From the human T2T-CHM13v2.0 reference genome, Homo sapiens, in assembly GCF_009914755.1 (NCBI RefSeq), contig NC_060925.1: a DNA stretch of 64,000 nucleotides; one strand, written 5' to 3'. How positions within the stretch are numbered: the first letter of the stretch is position 1; every line of letters starts with the position of its first letter. This document shows, piece by piece, positions 39,525-55,350 of this stretch. Made by a program: the position numbers and the translations under genes. The notes under the pieces were generated by a model. The model saw only the letters and a program-made list of their open reading frames with translations. It was not told where the DNA came from and did no database searches.

Positions 39525-39820
39525 TACACTGCACAATAAATAGGATAGCAATTAGCCACATGTGGCTACTGAACACTTGAAATGTGGCTAATACAGATTA
39601 AAACAAGTTATAAGTATAAAATACAAACTGGATTTTGAAGAATTAATATGAAATAAAAAAATCTCAATGATTTTTATATTGATTACATTAAAATAATATT
39701 TTGAATATACTGAGGTAAATAAAAATATTAATTTTACCTTTTTTTGCTCCTTTTAATGTGGGTATTAGAAAATCTTAAATTGCATATGTGACACATTATA
39801 TTGCTATTTGATAGTACTGT
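39525..39820. mobile_element. MER3/MER33-like hAT DNA transposon
   Basis: tagccacatgtggctactgaacacttgaaatgtggcta. Confidence 0.65.
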
Positions 39821-39982
39821 TATATACTACAGAAGACATGTAAAGATTACTGAAAAATATATTTTAATCTAATAGAAAAAAAACAGGGTACCTACAATAA
39901 TGTGAACCATCTAAATTCCAAAATAACAAAATTGTATTTGTCCTTAGAAATGTAGAAATCTTCTTCAAAAGATATGCATGGT

Positions 39983-40351
<369 letters not shown>

Positions 40352-42186
40352 CTACTCTATAAAACATGAATATTGATGCAAACACTTAAGTCGTCATTTT
40401 TTAGCCAGTGCCCATAGAAAAGCTTCTGTACAAAAGCAATATGTAATTCATCATCATAAAATACTTTCTAAAATAAATTGTCTATCACTTCACATTTAAT
40501 TTACGTAGTAAAGAAAATGTGGCAACTCAAAATTTCAAAATAAAGTCATAAAAAACAATCTTCTACTGAACTAGCATGAATAAAGCACAGTTATTTTTAC
40601 TCTTTAATATGTTAGGAACAAAACAGATGTCAAATCAAAACTATTAAAAATAACCAGATGCTTAATACATGGTACTCTCCTGCCCCAGTTACCAAAAAAA
40701 AGATGTGCAAATGAGGACTTTAATTCAATGCATTATACATTATTTCTTCTAGTAATTTTGATACTATTGAAACAATATTTCAATACGAGAAGTGCATCTG
40801 CAACAGACACATCATCTTAGCAAATACTTACCTTTTATCAATTAGGAAAAAGGCATTCTTTTGGAATGACCACATCCAAACTAGATGTGCCATAATTTAT
40901 TTAATTAGATCACAGTTATTTCGTGGGTACTGGAAGAATTTTTTTGCCCTCAACTTAAAGCCCTGGCAACTGTAGTACAGGTTTGTTTGCAAAGACTTTA
41001 TATTAGAAGATCCCCAAGAAAACATCAAACTCAAAGGCCCATATGAGAATGGAATTCTTGATTGGCATAAACCAACTAATCCAATCAAGTACAAAAAGCT
41101 ATAGTAATGTTGGGCACAAATCTTTATTAATAAAATTTACAGAGAGCTGAAATGCTCTGATAACAAGTCATTCTGGATAATATATATCTTATGCTTTTTA
41201 TACTCTAAAACATATTATTTTAGTCTTCTGGATTAAAATAACTCTAAACGTATTATGTAAATTTTTTTGCCACTGACAGAGTTTACAGAATATAATTCCC
41301 AGGTCATCATGATGGTGGCCAATTAACATACTGCAAATTACACAGTGTCTAAGGAAAAGATGCTGCTGTGAACTATAAATTACCTGAAGCTAACCACTGT
41401 AGTTTCAATTTATTCTATTTTCCACAGGGGGAAAACAGTTTTATAAACATGTTTTAATGTTTGACAGAAATGACAATTATGACAGCAGCTAACATCTACT
41501 CACCACTTACTATGTGCCAGACACATGTTAAGCACTTTATATTCTCCTTTAACCTTCACCACAATTACTGTCTTACTAATAAGGAAACTAATAGGGTACA
41601 CCAAGGTCAAACAGCAGTTGATAGTGCTATTAATTGACAGTTTGTATTACAGAGCCCATGTTCCTCACCTTTAAGCCATATAGGTGTTGAAGAGTTTAAT
41701 ATATTGTTTTAATATATACTGTTCTAAAAATTAATTATATAATATTAAAAAAATCCAAACCTCTAAAAAAAATCTAAGCATATAGATCTCACATAATGTT
41801 CTTGTATTAAGAAATTCCTAGAAGAGTGCATTTCATATTCAAGTGAGTAACTTGGACAGACACACAATTTGTTTTACCAAATGACAACTGCCACAATTAT
41901 GATGGCTGGCAGTCTCAGCAAGGGGAGCCGTTTATTTAAAAGCATAGAAATGACAGATAACTTCTCTATACTTACATCAAGTTAATTTATGTAAATGAAT
42001 CTCATAATGTTTCTGTGATACCAGCAATCCCATTCCAATGAAACTGACAGAAATTCTTTTTAGTAAGCAGAGTCTGCTTTTCAATCCTATGTGCTTTTCT
42101 GGTGTTGCAAAAATTACAAAGGTAAAGGTAAGTTAGAAAGTCCTCAGTAATCCTTTTTGCTTGTGTCTTGAGCTTAAAAAAAAATC

Positions 42187-42347
42187 TTCAATATTTGAAG
42201 GAAATAGGAGTAATACAGTAAAAAGTAAATATTTGTATTGGGGGAAGTTTCTCATATTATTAAAAAAAATTTCAATATTTGAAGGAAATAGGAGTAATAC
42301 AGTAAAAAGTAAATATTTGTATTGGGGGAAGTTTCTCATATTATTAA
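42187..42347 (+). repeat. Tandem duplication with 84-bp period (77 bp identical)
   Basis: 42187-42263 is identical to 42271-42347. Confidence 0.95.
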
Positions 42348-42545
42348 GTGAAAAAAAATTGAAATTAGAAAAAGGGTTGTCCATGCAAATGTATCCAATA
42401 TTGCTTGAATTTAAGTATACATTAAGCTTTTAACTAAGTTCAAGATATGACATTTATATGCTCTTTTCAGGAACCCAAACATTTCATGGAACCCTGTTCT
42501 CATCTCTTTTGTAACACTTATCACAACTCTAAATAAAAAATTGTG

Positions 42546-44068
42546 CATGCTGCCCAAAGTAATTATAGATTCAATGCTATTCCCATCAAACTACCATTGA
42601 CATTCTTCACAGAATTAGAAAAAAACTACTTTAAATTTCATATGGAACCAAAGAAGAGCCTGTATAGCCAAGACAATCCTAAGCAAAAAGAACAAAGCTG
42701 GAGGCATCACGCTACCTGACTTCAAACTATACTACAAGGCTACAGTAACCCAACAGCATGGTACTGGTACCAAAAAGACATATAAACCAATGGAACAAAA
42801 CAGAGACCTGAGAAATAACACCGTACTTCTACAACCATCTGATCTTCAACAAACCCGACAAAAGCAATGGGGAAAGGATCTCCTATTCAATAAATGGTGC
42901 TTGGAAAACTGGCTAGCCATATGCAGCAAACTGAAACCGGATCCCTTCCTCACATGTTATACAAAAATTTACTCAAGATGGATTGAAGACTTAAATGTAA
43001 AACCCCAAACCATAAAAACCCTAGAAGAAAACCTAGGCAATACCATTCAGGACATAGGCATGGGCAAAGACTTCATGTCTAAAACACCAAAAGCAATTGT
43101 AACAAAAGCCAAAACTGACAAATGGGATCTAATTAAAGAGCTTCTGCACAGCAAAAGAAACTATCATCAGAGTGAACAGTCAACCTACAGAACGGGAGAA
43201 AATTTTTGCAATCTACCCATCTGACAAAGGTCTAAAATTCAGAATCTATGGGGAACCTAAACAAATTTACAAGAGAAAAACAACCCCATCAAAAAGTGGG
43301 CAAAGGATATGAATAGACACTTCTCAAAAGATGACATTTACACGGCCAAAAAACATCAAAAAAAAGCTCAACATCACTGATCATTAGAGAAATGCAAATC
43401 AAACCCACAATGAGATACCATCTCATGCCAATCAGAATGGCAATTATTAAAAAGCCAAGAAACAACAGATGCTGGTGAGGCTGCGGACAGATAGGAATGC
43501 TTTTATAGTGTTCATGGTAATGTAAATTAGTTCAACCAACATGGTTCTAGAACCAGAAATACCATTTGACCCAGCAATACCATTACCAGGCATATACCCA
43601 AAAGAATACAAATCATTCTACTATAAAGACACATACATACATATGTTTACCGCAGCACTGTTTACAATAGCGAAGAGTTGGAACCAACCCAAATGCCCAT
43701 CAATGATAGACTAGATTAAGAAAATGTGGTACATAAACACCATGGAATACTATGCAGCCATAAAAAGGAATGAGATCATGTCTTTTGCAGGGACATAGAA
43801 GCCATCATCCTCAGCAAACTGACACAGGAACAGAATACCAAACACCGTATGTTCTCACTCTTAAGTGGGAGCTGAGCAATGAGAACACATGGACACAGGG
43901 GAGAGAACAACACACACCAGGGCCTGTTGGGGGTTGAGGGAGAAGAGGGAACTTAGAGGATGAGTCAATATGTGCAGCAAGCCACCATGGCACACATATA
44001 CCTATGTAACAAACCTGCACATTCTGCACATGTATCCCAGAACTTAAAAGTAAAATTGAAAAAAAAAA
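42546..44068 (+). mobile_element. 5'-truncated L1PA (about PA7/8) 3' fragment
   Basis: ORF2 C-terminal fragment ([11 protein letters not shown]), 3' UTR and A tail. TSD AAAAAATTGTG on both sides. Confidence 0.88.
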
Positions 44069-44708
44069 TTGTGTGATTAATTTTTAAAATGTTTATCTCT
44101 ATATATACTATACAAGCAAATGCTGGAGACAGTTTGACTGACTTACCATTGTAAATCAATAACTGCCTGGTTAATAGAACCAAACAGTGCTTTTCATAGG
44201 TAGGTTAGCAAAATATTAACTGCTGAATCAATCAGTTAACTCCTGGTTTAACAACAAAATCTCTGTATTATATAATTTACATTAAACATAGGAAGTGGAA
44301 GTTGAATGCTGCAAAAAAAAATCTATAAAACTGATGGTTAATCTATTTTTAATTGAAATGCCTATGTAGCAATCTTGAACCACTTTCCCAAAACAAAATA
44401 ATGATACAATGTTTCCATTTGTTCCAGAAACAAAATTTGTAATAATGTGGGAAGATGGCACATTTGGACCGCCATATCCAAAAGCATCTGAAAAAAGTTA
44501 TACAAGGCAAGTACTCTGGAATAGGTTTCTACACCACAAAATCACAGCAGAAAAAGATAAAAAGTTGTATCTTCCTCTCCCTCAGCATATGACCCCAAAA
44601 GGATGTTTGTAATCCTCCCTACCACATGCTGTAAACAGGATTTAAAAAAACCCAAGCAATACTGTTGTACTATTTAAGTATTTGCTACACTAAAATTGTT
44701 GAAAAATA

Positions 44709-45002
44709 GGCTGGGAGCGGTGGTGCACGGTGGCTCACGCCTGTAATCCCAGCACTTTAGGAGGCTGAGGCGGGTGGATCACGACGTCAGGAGATCAAGA
44801 CCATCCTGGCTAACACAGTGAAACCCCGTCTCTACTAAAAATACAAAAAATTAGCCAGGCATGTACCTGTAGTCCCAGCTACTCAGGAGGCTGAGGCAGG
44901 AGAGTCACTTGAACCCAAGAGGTGGAGGTTGCCGTGAGCCAAGATTGTGCCACTGCACTCCAGCCTGGGCAACAGAGCGATACTCCATCCCCAAAAAAAA
45001 AA
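44709..45002 (+). mobile_element. AluSc/Y-like element
   Basis: Alu text. TSD AAAATTGTTGAAAAAT. Confidence 0.87.
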
Positions 45003-46153
45003 ATTGTTGAAAAATCTATAATTTTTATATGATTTGCGCTCAACATCCAAAAATTACATCCTTTAAGAAGACATTTACCTCTGGTTATTTGTGTAACTGT
45101 AAGATTTTGTTGTTATTGTTGTTAATGCTAAGAAAATGTTAAGAAAACAATTTCCATTAAAGTAACGCCTCATTTATTATTTAAAAGGAAAATATAATCA
45201 CATACGAATGTAAAACATTTTATCTTTAGACTAAGGTCAAAATTAGTTCTGGAAAAAATCTCCGTCCAGATTTATAGGTATAGTGACCAAAAGTTAAAGA
45301 ATTTACCAAATTATAAGTGTAAAGTCATCTATCTATCTTGGATTTTTAGAGAGACCTATATCAACTAACTTCCATTTTCCTAAAGAAAAACAAACCCACC
45401 AGGTATATCAGGTGTGAATAATTCCTAAATGCTGCTGAACAAACATTTTCTAAAATACATTATCTAGAAGAATTCACAACTTCACTGATAAACAGGTAGT
45501 TTTAATTTTATTAACATTTATTCATGTGTTTAATCCAGGTAAGATGGGTTTATATTCTTCATATCAAATCCTTGGTTCTTAAAAGTCCTACATAATTCTT
45601 TGATGTTCTCTCTAGAATTATAGAAAAGGGAGGGAAGGTCAGAAGAAATCCTGTCTAGCCTCCCATTAAGTACTTCCTTAGTATGAAGGTCCCAATAACT
45701 TCAAACAGCAGTCATTTCAGCATTCAGCAGCTTTTAACTCAAATTCCTCCTTATTTATGATGAACTAAACTGCATAATAAAAATACCTGAATGGTAAGAC
45801 CAAGAACAGCTGGATAAAACTGCATAATAAAAACACCTGAATGATAAGTAGTCATAGGTAGGTCACAAAGCTTTTAAATGGATCAAGCTAGACTTAGACA
45901 GTTGGTCTCATCAGGAAAAGTTGTCCAACATAAACACATTTGTTATACCCCACATTAGCAAGAGTCAGATGTGCAACTGTGTGAAATATCACTGGAGGAT
46001 TTCTACATCTAGGGGCTTCTTGGAAAAACTCATATGGAGCATGTAAAATACTTAAATGGAAAGTTTAATCTATATCTCAGTTTGATCTTATACTTATTTA
46101 CTTAATTTATTTAGTGCACTAAATACAAATTCAATAATAAATTAACTCAAATC

Positions 46154-46432
46154 TTTTTTTTTTTTTTTTTTTTAAAGAGATAGGGTCTTGCTCTGTCACC
46201 CAATCTGGAGTGCAGTGGCATCATCAATGATCACTCAAGTGATCCTCCCACCTCAGCCTCCCCAGTAGCTAGGACTTTTAGGCATGTGCCACCATGCTTG
46301 GCTAATTTTTTTTATTTCTTGTAGAGACAGGGTCCTGCTGTGTCGCTGGTCTTGAACTCCCGGCCTCAAGCAATCCTCTTGTCTTGTCTCCCAAAGAGCT
46401 ATGGTTACAGGCATGAGTCACTGTGCCTGGCC
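46154..46432 (-). mobile_element. AluJ with internal deletion
   Basis: Poly-T run followed by diverged Alu text. Confidence 0.8.
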
Positions 46433-47243
46433 TTCAATCATTTTTGAAAACTAACAATATTAGGTTCAAACTACCAAGTGCCAGCGTAAAATGGAAGCAG
46501 TGATCTACTAAAGACAATCATTCTATAACTGGAACTGCAGAAACACTTGTTAAATAATGCCAATACTCAAAATTAGTTAAAAATAAACTTTACCTTTTAA
46601 AAAACTGCTGTTCTGAAGTTTAATATTCTATTGTAAGATAACTATATAGCATATCACTGTACCAATAGCATTGAAACTATTAAGAATTATATGACATATT
46701 GAACAAAAGTCAATAAATCTGGAGTAACATGAAAGAGTTCATAGTGAGTCAGAGGGAGCTAGAGATATTAAAAGAAAAAAAGAAAGATTCTTGTTTATAA
46801 CTAATAAATGTAGAAAAATGAGAGAATATGAAAGTCACCATTCTGGAAACCTAATGTAATAACTGATTCCATAAGGATCATTTGTGGAGGGTAAAACCAT
46901 TAGGTAAAAGGTGGATGGAGAACAAGATAGTTATTTGGTACAAAAATATTTCCAACAGATCACTTAATAGTGGCAAACATGAAATCATAGCTTTTACAAG
47001 GGAGAGAGTCTGGGATAACCAAACCTAGCATGGAAATCAAACTCAGCATCACTAATAATGGGCACAATTTATATCATGTGCCTTCCTGATTTAAAGCAAA
47101 AAGAAGTTTACAACATCATCTATAATCTAGATGTCTGAGTCCAGTTGACAAGAAATACAATGACACCACGAGGAAGGAATTAGACAAATCTAGAATATGA
47201 AATAAGACAACTGGGCCACACCTGTAAAAAGTTAATGTCATTC

Positions 47244-48222
47244 CTGACATTGGTTGTTTCTTCCATCAGTCTGGACACAGATCTGTCAACTTTACTGATC
47301 ATTTCAAGAAGCCAGCTTTTGGTTTGACAAAGTTTCTCTACTTTTGTTTTCAATTTAACTGATTTCTACACTTTTTATTATTTGTCCATTCTGCTTGGTT
47401 AGCTTGAATTTCTTTATATGTCTAGTTTATTAAGGTGGGAGCTTAGATTATTGGTTTGAGACTTACTGACTTGCCTAATAAGCACTTAATACATTTTCCA
47501 CTTAATATTATAAGCACTTAATACATTTTCCACTAAGCACTGCATTAGATGTGTCCCACAAATTTTTAGATATTGTGTCTTCATTTTCATTTAATTAAAA
47601 TATGTTCTAATTTCCTTTTAGACTTCCTCTTTGACCCATGGGTAAAAACGTATTAATTTCCAAATATTAGGGGATTTTCCAGATACCTATTATTAATTTC
47701 TAATTGAATGATATTAGAGTCAGAGAAGATCCTTTGTATGATTTCAATTACTTCAAATTTGATAAAGTTCCTTTTAAGGCCCAGAATATGTTCTATCTTC
47801 ATAAATCTTCCATGTATGTTTGAAAGGATATGTATTCTGCTGTTATTAGGTACAGTGTTCCATAAATATCTATCAGGGCAGGTTGGATGATAGTACTGTT
47901 CAGGTCTTCTGCTACCTACTTGCTTCATCAATTACTGAGACAGGGATGTCGAAGACCTGAACTTGTTCACTCTACCTTTCAGTTCTATCAGTTCAAGTTA
48001 CTGTTCCTGTTAGCATACATATATTAGGTGACATACATTCCTAAACACATACAATCTTAAATAAGATTGTTATGTCTTCTTGGTGAACTATCATTATAGA
48101 TAGTTCTCTTTACTCTTGGTGCTATTCCTTGTTCTAAAGTCCACCTTGTCTATGATACTAATGCAGACACTCCAGGCTTTGTTTTGATTAGATTTCCATA
48201 TTATATCTTTTTCATCCTTTTA
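47244..48222 (-). mobile_element. Old L1M ORF2 (endonuclease region) fragment, resuming at ~53345
   Basis: Translation shows HILSNIHGRFMKIEHILG (L1 endonuclease-like). Confidence 0.7.
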
Positions 48223-49049
48223 ATTTTTTTCCAGTTGTAATTAAAATATTATGTCCAATAATTATAGGCAGACCATCTTGATCCTTCACTCCTAGAAGTC
48301 CACTGTGGGGGAAAGTCACTGTCATTAGCTATCAAGCTCTACACATTTCCATAGCTACACAGCAACCTACTTTGGCCTCTGTAATTTCTAATCTTTGCAA
48401 CTGATACTATTTCACCCCTACCTACAGGCTCAGATTCACTGATATTTTGGGACCAACCTTATTTCTAACTAGAGGAACATAAAGAACCTTATGTCTGCTC
48501 TACTCTGGCACATTAAATTGAGCTATCCTATCCAAATATCACATCCCCAAATCATATCAAATCTTAGCTGTGGGTAATAGCCCCCATATTCATCCTTGTC
48601 CAAGCTGCTCTCCCATTAATCTAGTAAATGCTGATACTCCAAATTAATGTCTCTTATATCTAAATCCCCTTGCCTTTGGGCTACAGGTCATTGGTCTGAT
48701 AATCTGTTGCAACTCACTTCTCTTGCTGCCACCAACCTGCTCTGCTTCACTTCACGTTGCATTCTCCTTTATAAGTCTCAAGGCAACCACAACTCTGATC
48801 AAGACATGCCCAACCCCAGCCCTGAGTGAATCTCCTAATCCTCCCAGGCTCCCCCTGCAAACCAGATCACTTGTTGTTGGTTCTAACCTGACCCTCACCA
48901 ATGGGTTCTAGCACAGGGACTTTACACGTTCTCCCATAAACTCGTCTTCTACTGCAATCACTTAAATGTGTCGAGTTTCTTTGAGCTTTATATTATCATT
49001 TATTTAGTCTTTTTAAAAACAATTTATTGAAGCAAAATTCTAAAATCAT

Positions 49050-50590
49050 TTTTAACACTATTTAACTTCAAAAACATTTCAGCATTCTAAACATACAAAA
49101 AAAACCCCAGAACACTGAAAATCACATTTAAGTACAGAAGGTTCTTTCTTGAACTTTCATTGATGCAGTGGCTCTTTACTTTGCTGACAACAGTTCTACA
49201 GCTTGTTCAAAAAGTTTATAGACAATGCACTTAATTAAAAAAATCCCAACACTTCTCAGGCCAGCTGACCCCTCTTTGTCCACAGCTAAGAATGGTAGCA
49301 GACTGTTATATTACCGTTTGTAGAAACAAGACAAGCTGAAGCTAAATGGCTGAACATTACAGGGGAAACAGGACTAGCCTCACAGTGCACGCTCTAAGCT
49401 ACGACCCCTCCAAAAGGCATTGTCCCCCACAGGCTCAGCGCCAAGAAACGAGCACCAAGAGTTTGTCTTGGTTGTTTTGTTCTTTTTATAAACTATATAT
49501 ATGTACAGTTGATAACAGGATTTCTAGCCAATAACCGTATAGTTAATACCACCTTACAAATGTTTTTTAAAATGTCAGAAATATCTTTAAATGCTTTGTC
49601 ACACCAACAGCAAAGTGCATAGAGTGAGGAAAACATGAGATTATCTTTTCGTTTTGGGGATGTTTGGAAATATGTACAACTTTGATACAATTTCAGAGTG
49701 TTCCAGACACACATGACCACTTCAGGTAAACCACTGACAATTTTTAGAGCACTCTGAGAGACTGCAATATGATTGTGATCAAATTCTGTAATTAAACCTA
49801 ATGAGGGCAACAGACATTTCTCAAACAACAGATGTGTCAATCATGGCCCTCCCCTACTCTAAGGTATTCACAAGGAGACAGATAAACAGTTTTTTATTCA
49901 TCATCACCTTCTTCTTCCTCTTCCTCCTCCTCCTCCTCTTCCTCACATCTTCTTTGACTACTTCTTCCACCTTTTTCCAAGGAACTTTAAGCAGGACCCT
50001 TTGCACCAGACTTGCCGTTAGACTTAAAGTCAGCAACATCCTTCTCGTATTTCTCCCTCAGCTTCACTGCCTTAGTGATGCAAGGCTGCTTTTCACTGAC
50101 ATTTAAGTTATCCCACACCTCACACAGCTTTTTTGCTACATCTCTAATAAAGATGCCAGGGTTTGTGGATTTGATCTTGGGGTGAAATTCTGAACAGTGC
50201 AGGAAGAATACAGACATGTCTCTTTTGGAGACATGAAGGTCCTTCTTCTTGCCTCACTTAACTGGTTCACAATCCTGCACCTTCCAAGCATAGCATACTT
50301 TATCTGCCTTTGTCATTTCACCACATTTAGGATTCTCTTTGCCAGACACTGTCTTCCACCTCTCAGAGCACTTCTTGGAAAATTCTGCAAAATTGACAGA
50401 GACCTCTGGGTTTCTCTTATGTTCTTCTCTGCATGTCTGCACAAAGAAGGAATAAGCAGACACCTTTCCCTCTGGTTTCTTGGGATCACCTTTAGCCATC
50501 CTGACTAAATTGCTTCTTCCTTCCTGGTCACCTAGCAAGAGGGAAGGTGAAGGGGGCAGGAAGGGTGCTTGGAGGAGAGGTAGGAGGTCA
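49050..50590 (-). pseudogene. HMGB3 processed pseudogene (disrupted CDS 50499-49894 plus UTR-like flanks)
   Basis: Intronless [50 protein letters not shown] (box A), then [14 protein letters not shown]...[12 protein letters not shown] (box B), then GAG/GAA-rich acidic-tail codons ending GAT GAA TAA. Frameshifts and premature stops are present. HMGB-type 3' UTR continues to about 49050. Confidence 0.93.
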
Positions 50591-50599
50591 ATAACATTT

Positions 50600-53340
<2,741 letters not shown>

Positions 53341-54304
53341 GCGCATTCTTTTACTTTTAACCTAACAAGATCTTTGTATTTAAAGCAAATTTCTTACAGA
53401 TATGTTTTAACTTTTTATCCAATCTTATAATTGGTATATTTAAAATACATTTAATATAATTATTGATATGGTTGGAATAAAATCTATAATCTTCCAAATT
53501 TTCTATCTGATCCACTTACTTGCTGTTCCTTTTTTCTTTTTCCTGATTAAATAATTTCTTAAATTACTCAATTTTATCTCTGTTATTTGCTACCTAATTA
53601 TATATTTTTCTCTAAAAAAATTTTAGGTGGTTTCCCTATGGTTTATAAATATACATTTTACTGTTCCTTGAAAACCACAAATTTATTCCTTGATAAAGGC
53701 CTTTCTACTAAGTGTATGCTCTATCTGGAATGTTTCTTCCCAGATCTTCAAATAGTTTCCATCTTCATATCATTGAGTCTCTGGTCAAATCTTAGCTCCT
53801 CAGGGAAGCTCTCCAAAACTAGCTTACCTACAGTAGCACCTGCACAAACCACCTCTCCTCTGCTTTATTTTTATTTTTCTTCATCACCTTATTACCACCT
53901 GAAATTGTATCTGTTTAATGTGTCTCCCCAACTAGAACACTTCACGTAACAGCAGTCTTCGTTTTTCTTGTTTACTATTATCGTACCCTCTGCACTTAAG
54001 ACAATACTTTGCACATTAGTTTTCAAATAAATATATGAATAAGTTCATTCCATTATAAGATTAACACATATAGGACTAAGGAAAATACAAAGTATTTACA
54101 CAAATTGAACCTGATATATTTACAATAAATTACAGAATAAAGAAATTAGTTGTTATCTTTCCCATGACTAAATTGGCCGCTACTTATATTTGGAGAAAAG
54201 GAGAAAGAGAGGAACCATAAACAAAATCTCGGTCAAAAAATTATTTAAATGTCTATTTGATATAGTCTTTGCATTGAAAGAATTTTAAAGTTAAAAAAAG
54301 ATTT

Positions 54305-55350
<1,046 letters not shown>

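Noticed and set aside
40826-40945. Consensus donor AAG|gtaagt on the minus strand as an extra EVI5 exon
   Set aside because: The known peptide needs no exon here, candidate acceptors are weak, and such 9-mers occur by chance (another at ~44141-44149).
41870-41970. Cluster of short transcription-factor-like motifs (TGACAGATAA, TCAGCA) as an enhancer
   Set aside because: Short motifs alone cannot support the call without conservation or chromatin data.
42133-42433. ORFs with internal 28-aa repeats, or a CRISPR-like array
   Set aside because: A by-product of one 84-bp tandem duplication. There are only two units, no spacers, and the DNA is human.
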